DNA of 57,729 nt from a virus (taxonomy: Duplodnaviria; Caudoviricetes): the IMG/VR virus record IMGVR_UViG_3300036853_000468, positions 1-57,729 of that record. One strand, given 5' to 3'. The notes under the pieces are model-generated. The model ran no database searches, had not been told where the DNA came from, and worked only from the letters and a program-made list of their open reading frames with translations. Below are positions 56,242 through 57,729 of this stretch, piece after piece. The position numbers and the translations under genes were made by a program. Within the stretch, counting starts at the first letter, position 1, and each line of letters begins with the position of its first letter.

Positions 56242-57729
56242 TTACGCAAAAAGCACCTTTCCTAGTTCAGATATCGCCTGCACTTTCCTTTGCGCGATCA
56301 CGTGCAGGTATTTCAATGTTGTCTGAATCGACGTGTGCCCCATCAAGTCCCGTAACTCGACCAGCGTGGCCGAGACGGGATGGGTCAACATTAACGTCGC
56401 GAATGTATGCCGGAGATCGTGGAAACGAATATCTGGCAGACCTGCAAACTTGAGGCACTTCTTGAACATCTCACGAATGCCAGCCGACGTAAAGTAGCCC
56501 GCTGTTTGCCCACAGAAGATAAGATCTTTCTCGTTTACAATCTGCCGCAGCAGGTGATCGGCAAGTTGGTGTGCATGGTGTGCGTGCAGGCAGGCAACCA
56601 TTTCATCGGTGAGCGGTATATCTCTTCGGCTCCTCTTGGTTTTGGGGTCCGTCTCCTCGTAGCCGGTTTTTGGCGTGTAGGACAACGTGCGCCGGACATG
56701 CATGCGCTTCTGCGCGAAATCAATATCCGACCAGTGGAGACACTGAAGTTCCCCCATGCGTGCGCCGGTCGTTAGAGCCAGCATGAGCAAGCACTCATGC
56801 TTGTGGTATTGGTGATGCTCGCGGGTGAAGTATCCCGATCCTTCCCCACAAAACACAAGGTCGTGCTCGTTCACGATTTGCCGCCTCAGGTGGTCAGCCA
56901 GTTGCCACGCGTGGTGCGCACGTAACCGTGTGACCATTTCATCGGTGAGCGGTATATCTCTTCGGCTCTTCTTTAGCTTTGGGGCCGTCTCGACATAGCC
57001 GGTCCTGGCTATGTGGGACAACGTGCGCCGGATATGCATGCGCTTCTGCGCAAAATCAATATCCGACCAGTGGAGCGCCTGAATCTCCAAAGGCTGCATG
57101 CCGGTTGTGACCGTCAGCATGAGCATTAACTCATGCTGGTAACGATTGTCCCTGAGCATGGTGAGCAGCGTCCGAGCCTGCTCAAGATCAAGAAACTGCA
57201 TCTCCTCATCATCAACCCTGGGTAGGGTGATGTTTTGGCAGGGATTTTCTGCTAAGAGCTTATTTTTGACGGCATCATTGAGTGCCGATGCAATGATCTC
57301 GTGATGAAAGTGAATGGTTCCGGGTGCCAACCCTTCCTTTTGCTTTTTCCTGACGTAATCCAGAACGGCTTTTCGCGAGAGTTTCTTCAACTCCCACCCA
57401 CCCAGTTCAGGGATAATATGAACATTCAGACAACTTGACCACGTTCGGTCAGTGCTGGACTTTGCTTCGATTCTTTTCTCTTCCATCCACGCCTCCAGGT
57501 ACTCTCCCACCGTCTGCGAGGTGGGCGTGACACCACGCTCAATCTGCTGCTTTAACGCTTCAAGCTTTGCCAGGGCCTCCTTATATTTGGCCTGTTTTGT
57601 CCCCTTTGTGGAAGATGTTACCGTCTTGCGCCCGCCACCCGGCATCGTAACGGTCCCCTCCCATCGCTCGTGGGCCACACTGTAATATAAGGCTCCCTCC
57701 CCTTGCGGGCGTCTCGTTCCTGTTGTCAT
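56242..57729 (-). CDS. int: Tyrosine integrase with an internal 112-aa duplication
   Basis: Arm-binding N-terminus (GEGALY); TGARMGE; FHDLRHTFAT; MGHTSIQTTLKY. Confidence 0.93.
   Translation of the reverse strand: MTTGTRRPQGEGALYYSVAHERWEGTVTMPGGGRKTVTSSTKGTKQAKYKEALAKLEALKQQIERGVTPTSQTVGEYLEAWMEEKRIEAKSSTDRTWSSCLNVHIIPELGGWELKKLSRKAVLDYVRKKQKEGLAPGTIHFHHEIIASALNDAVKNKLLAENPCQNITLPRVDDEEMQFLDLEQARTLLTMLRDNRYQHELMLMLTVTTGMQPLEIQALHWSDIDFAQKRMHIRRTLSHIARTGYVETAPKLKKSRRDIPLTDEMVTRLRAHHAWQLADHLRRQIVNEHDLVFCGEGSGYFTREHHQYHKHECLLMLALTTGARMGELQCLHWSDIDFAQKRMHVRRTLSYTPKTGYEETDPKTKRSRRDIPLTDEMVACLHAHHAHQLADHLLRQIVNEKDLIFCGQTAGYFTSAGIREMFKKCLKFAGLPDIRFHDLRHTFATLMLTHPVSATLVELRDLMGHTSIQTTLKYLHVIAQRKVQAISELGKVLFA
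56490..57140 (-). repeat. 336-bp tandem duplication inside the integrase
   Basis: GAGCGGTATATCTCTTCGGCTC at 56611 and 56947; the protein copies share LHWSDIDFAQKRMH and SRRDIPLTDEMV. Confidence 0.92.

Larger units (their letters stand above)
1..57729. mobile_element. Temperate tailed phage (siphovirus-like), near-complete genome or prophage
   Basis: Full head, tail, lysis, replication, immunity and integration modules in recognisable order. Confidence 0.95.

Noticed and set aside
56490-57140. Integrase duplication as a simple assembly artefact
   Set aside because: The copies differ at many positions, including the catalytic Arg; artefacts would be near-identical (reads not checked)
214-57685. 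Most short ORF-track entries overlapping larger genes
   Set aside because: Antisense or off-frame shadows without RBS or recognisable motifs
1-57729. Alternative genetic code or stop-codon reassignment
   Set aside because: Core genes are intact under code 11 and all three stop codons terminate genes

Overview
The window is essentially a whole temperate siphovirus-type phage (prophage or excised form), trimmed at the ATG of an XRE-HTH/TPR regulator (position 1) and the ATG of a tyrosine integrase (57729). The host is probably a Ktedonobacteria-like Chloroflexota, inferred from protein style and not verified. The long minus-strand late operon runs terS-terL-portal-minor head-scaffold-capsid-connectors-tail tube-frameshifted tail chaperone-tape measure-tail tip/LamG fibre-endolysin-holin, and is interrupted by blocks of small accessory genes. 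There are two independent replication modules, each with its own iterons: RusA plus a P4-type primase/SF3 helicase at 5.1-8.1 kb, and a lambda-O-like initiator at 42.9-44.0 kb. Also present are DnaA boxes, a phage dnaN, an ArdC-like protein, a Rad52/Sak-like annealase, a HerA-like ATPase, a C5 methyltransferase, an immunity switch and an attP-like region. The most notable observations: (1) a promoter-driven tmRNA-like RNA lacking the T-arm and carrying a non-ALAA tag, next to a second small RNA that shares its motifs in permuted order; (2) a 19-aa hydrophobic peptide ORF convergently overlapping the XRE-TPR gene, like Rgg/SHP pairs; (3) an Acb2/Tad1-like nucleotide-sponge domain with a one-base frameshift in an A5 tract; (4) an integrase with a 112-aa internal duplication whose first copy lacks the catalytic Arg; (5) a stand-alone fragment resembling the type ISP restriction-modification C-terminal domain; and (6) a tail protein with about 23 copies of a 15-aa repeat. 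All family calls come from motif recognition by eye; no database searches were run.
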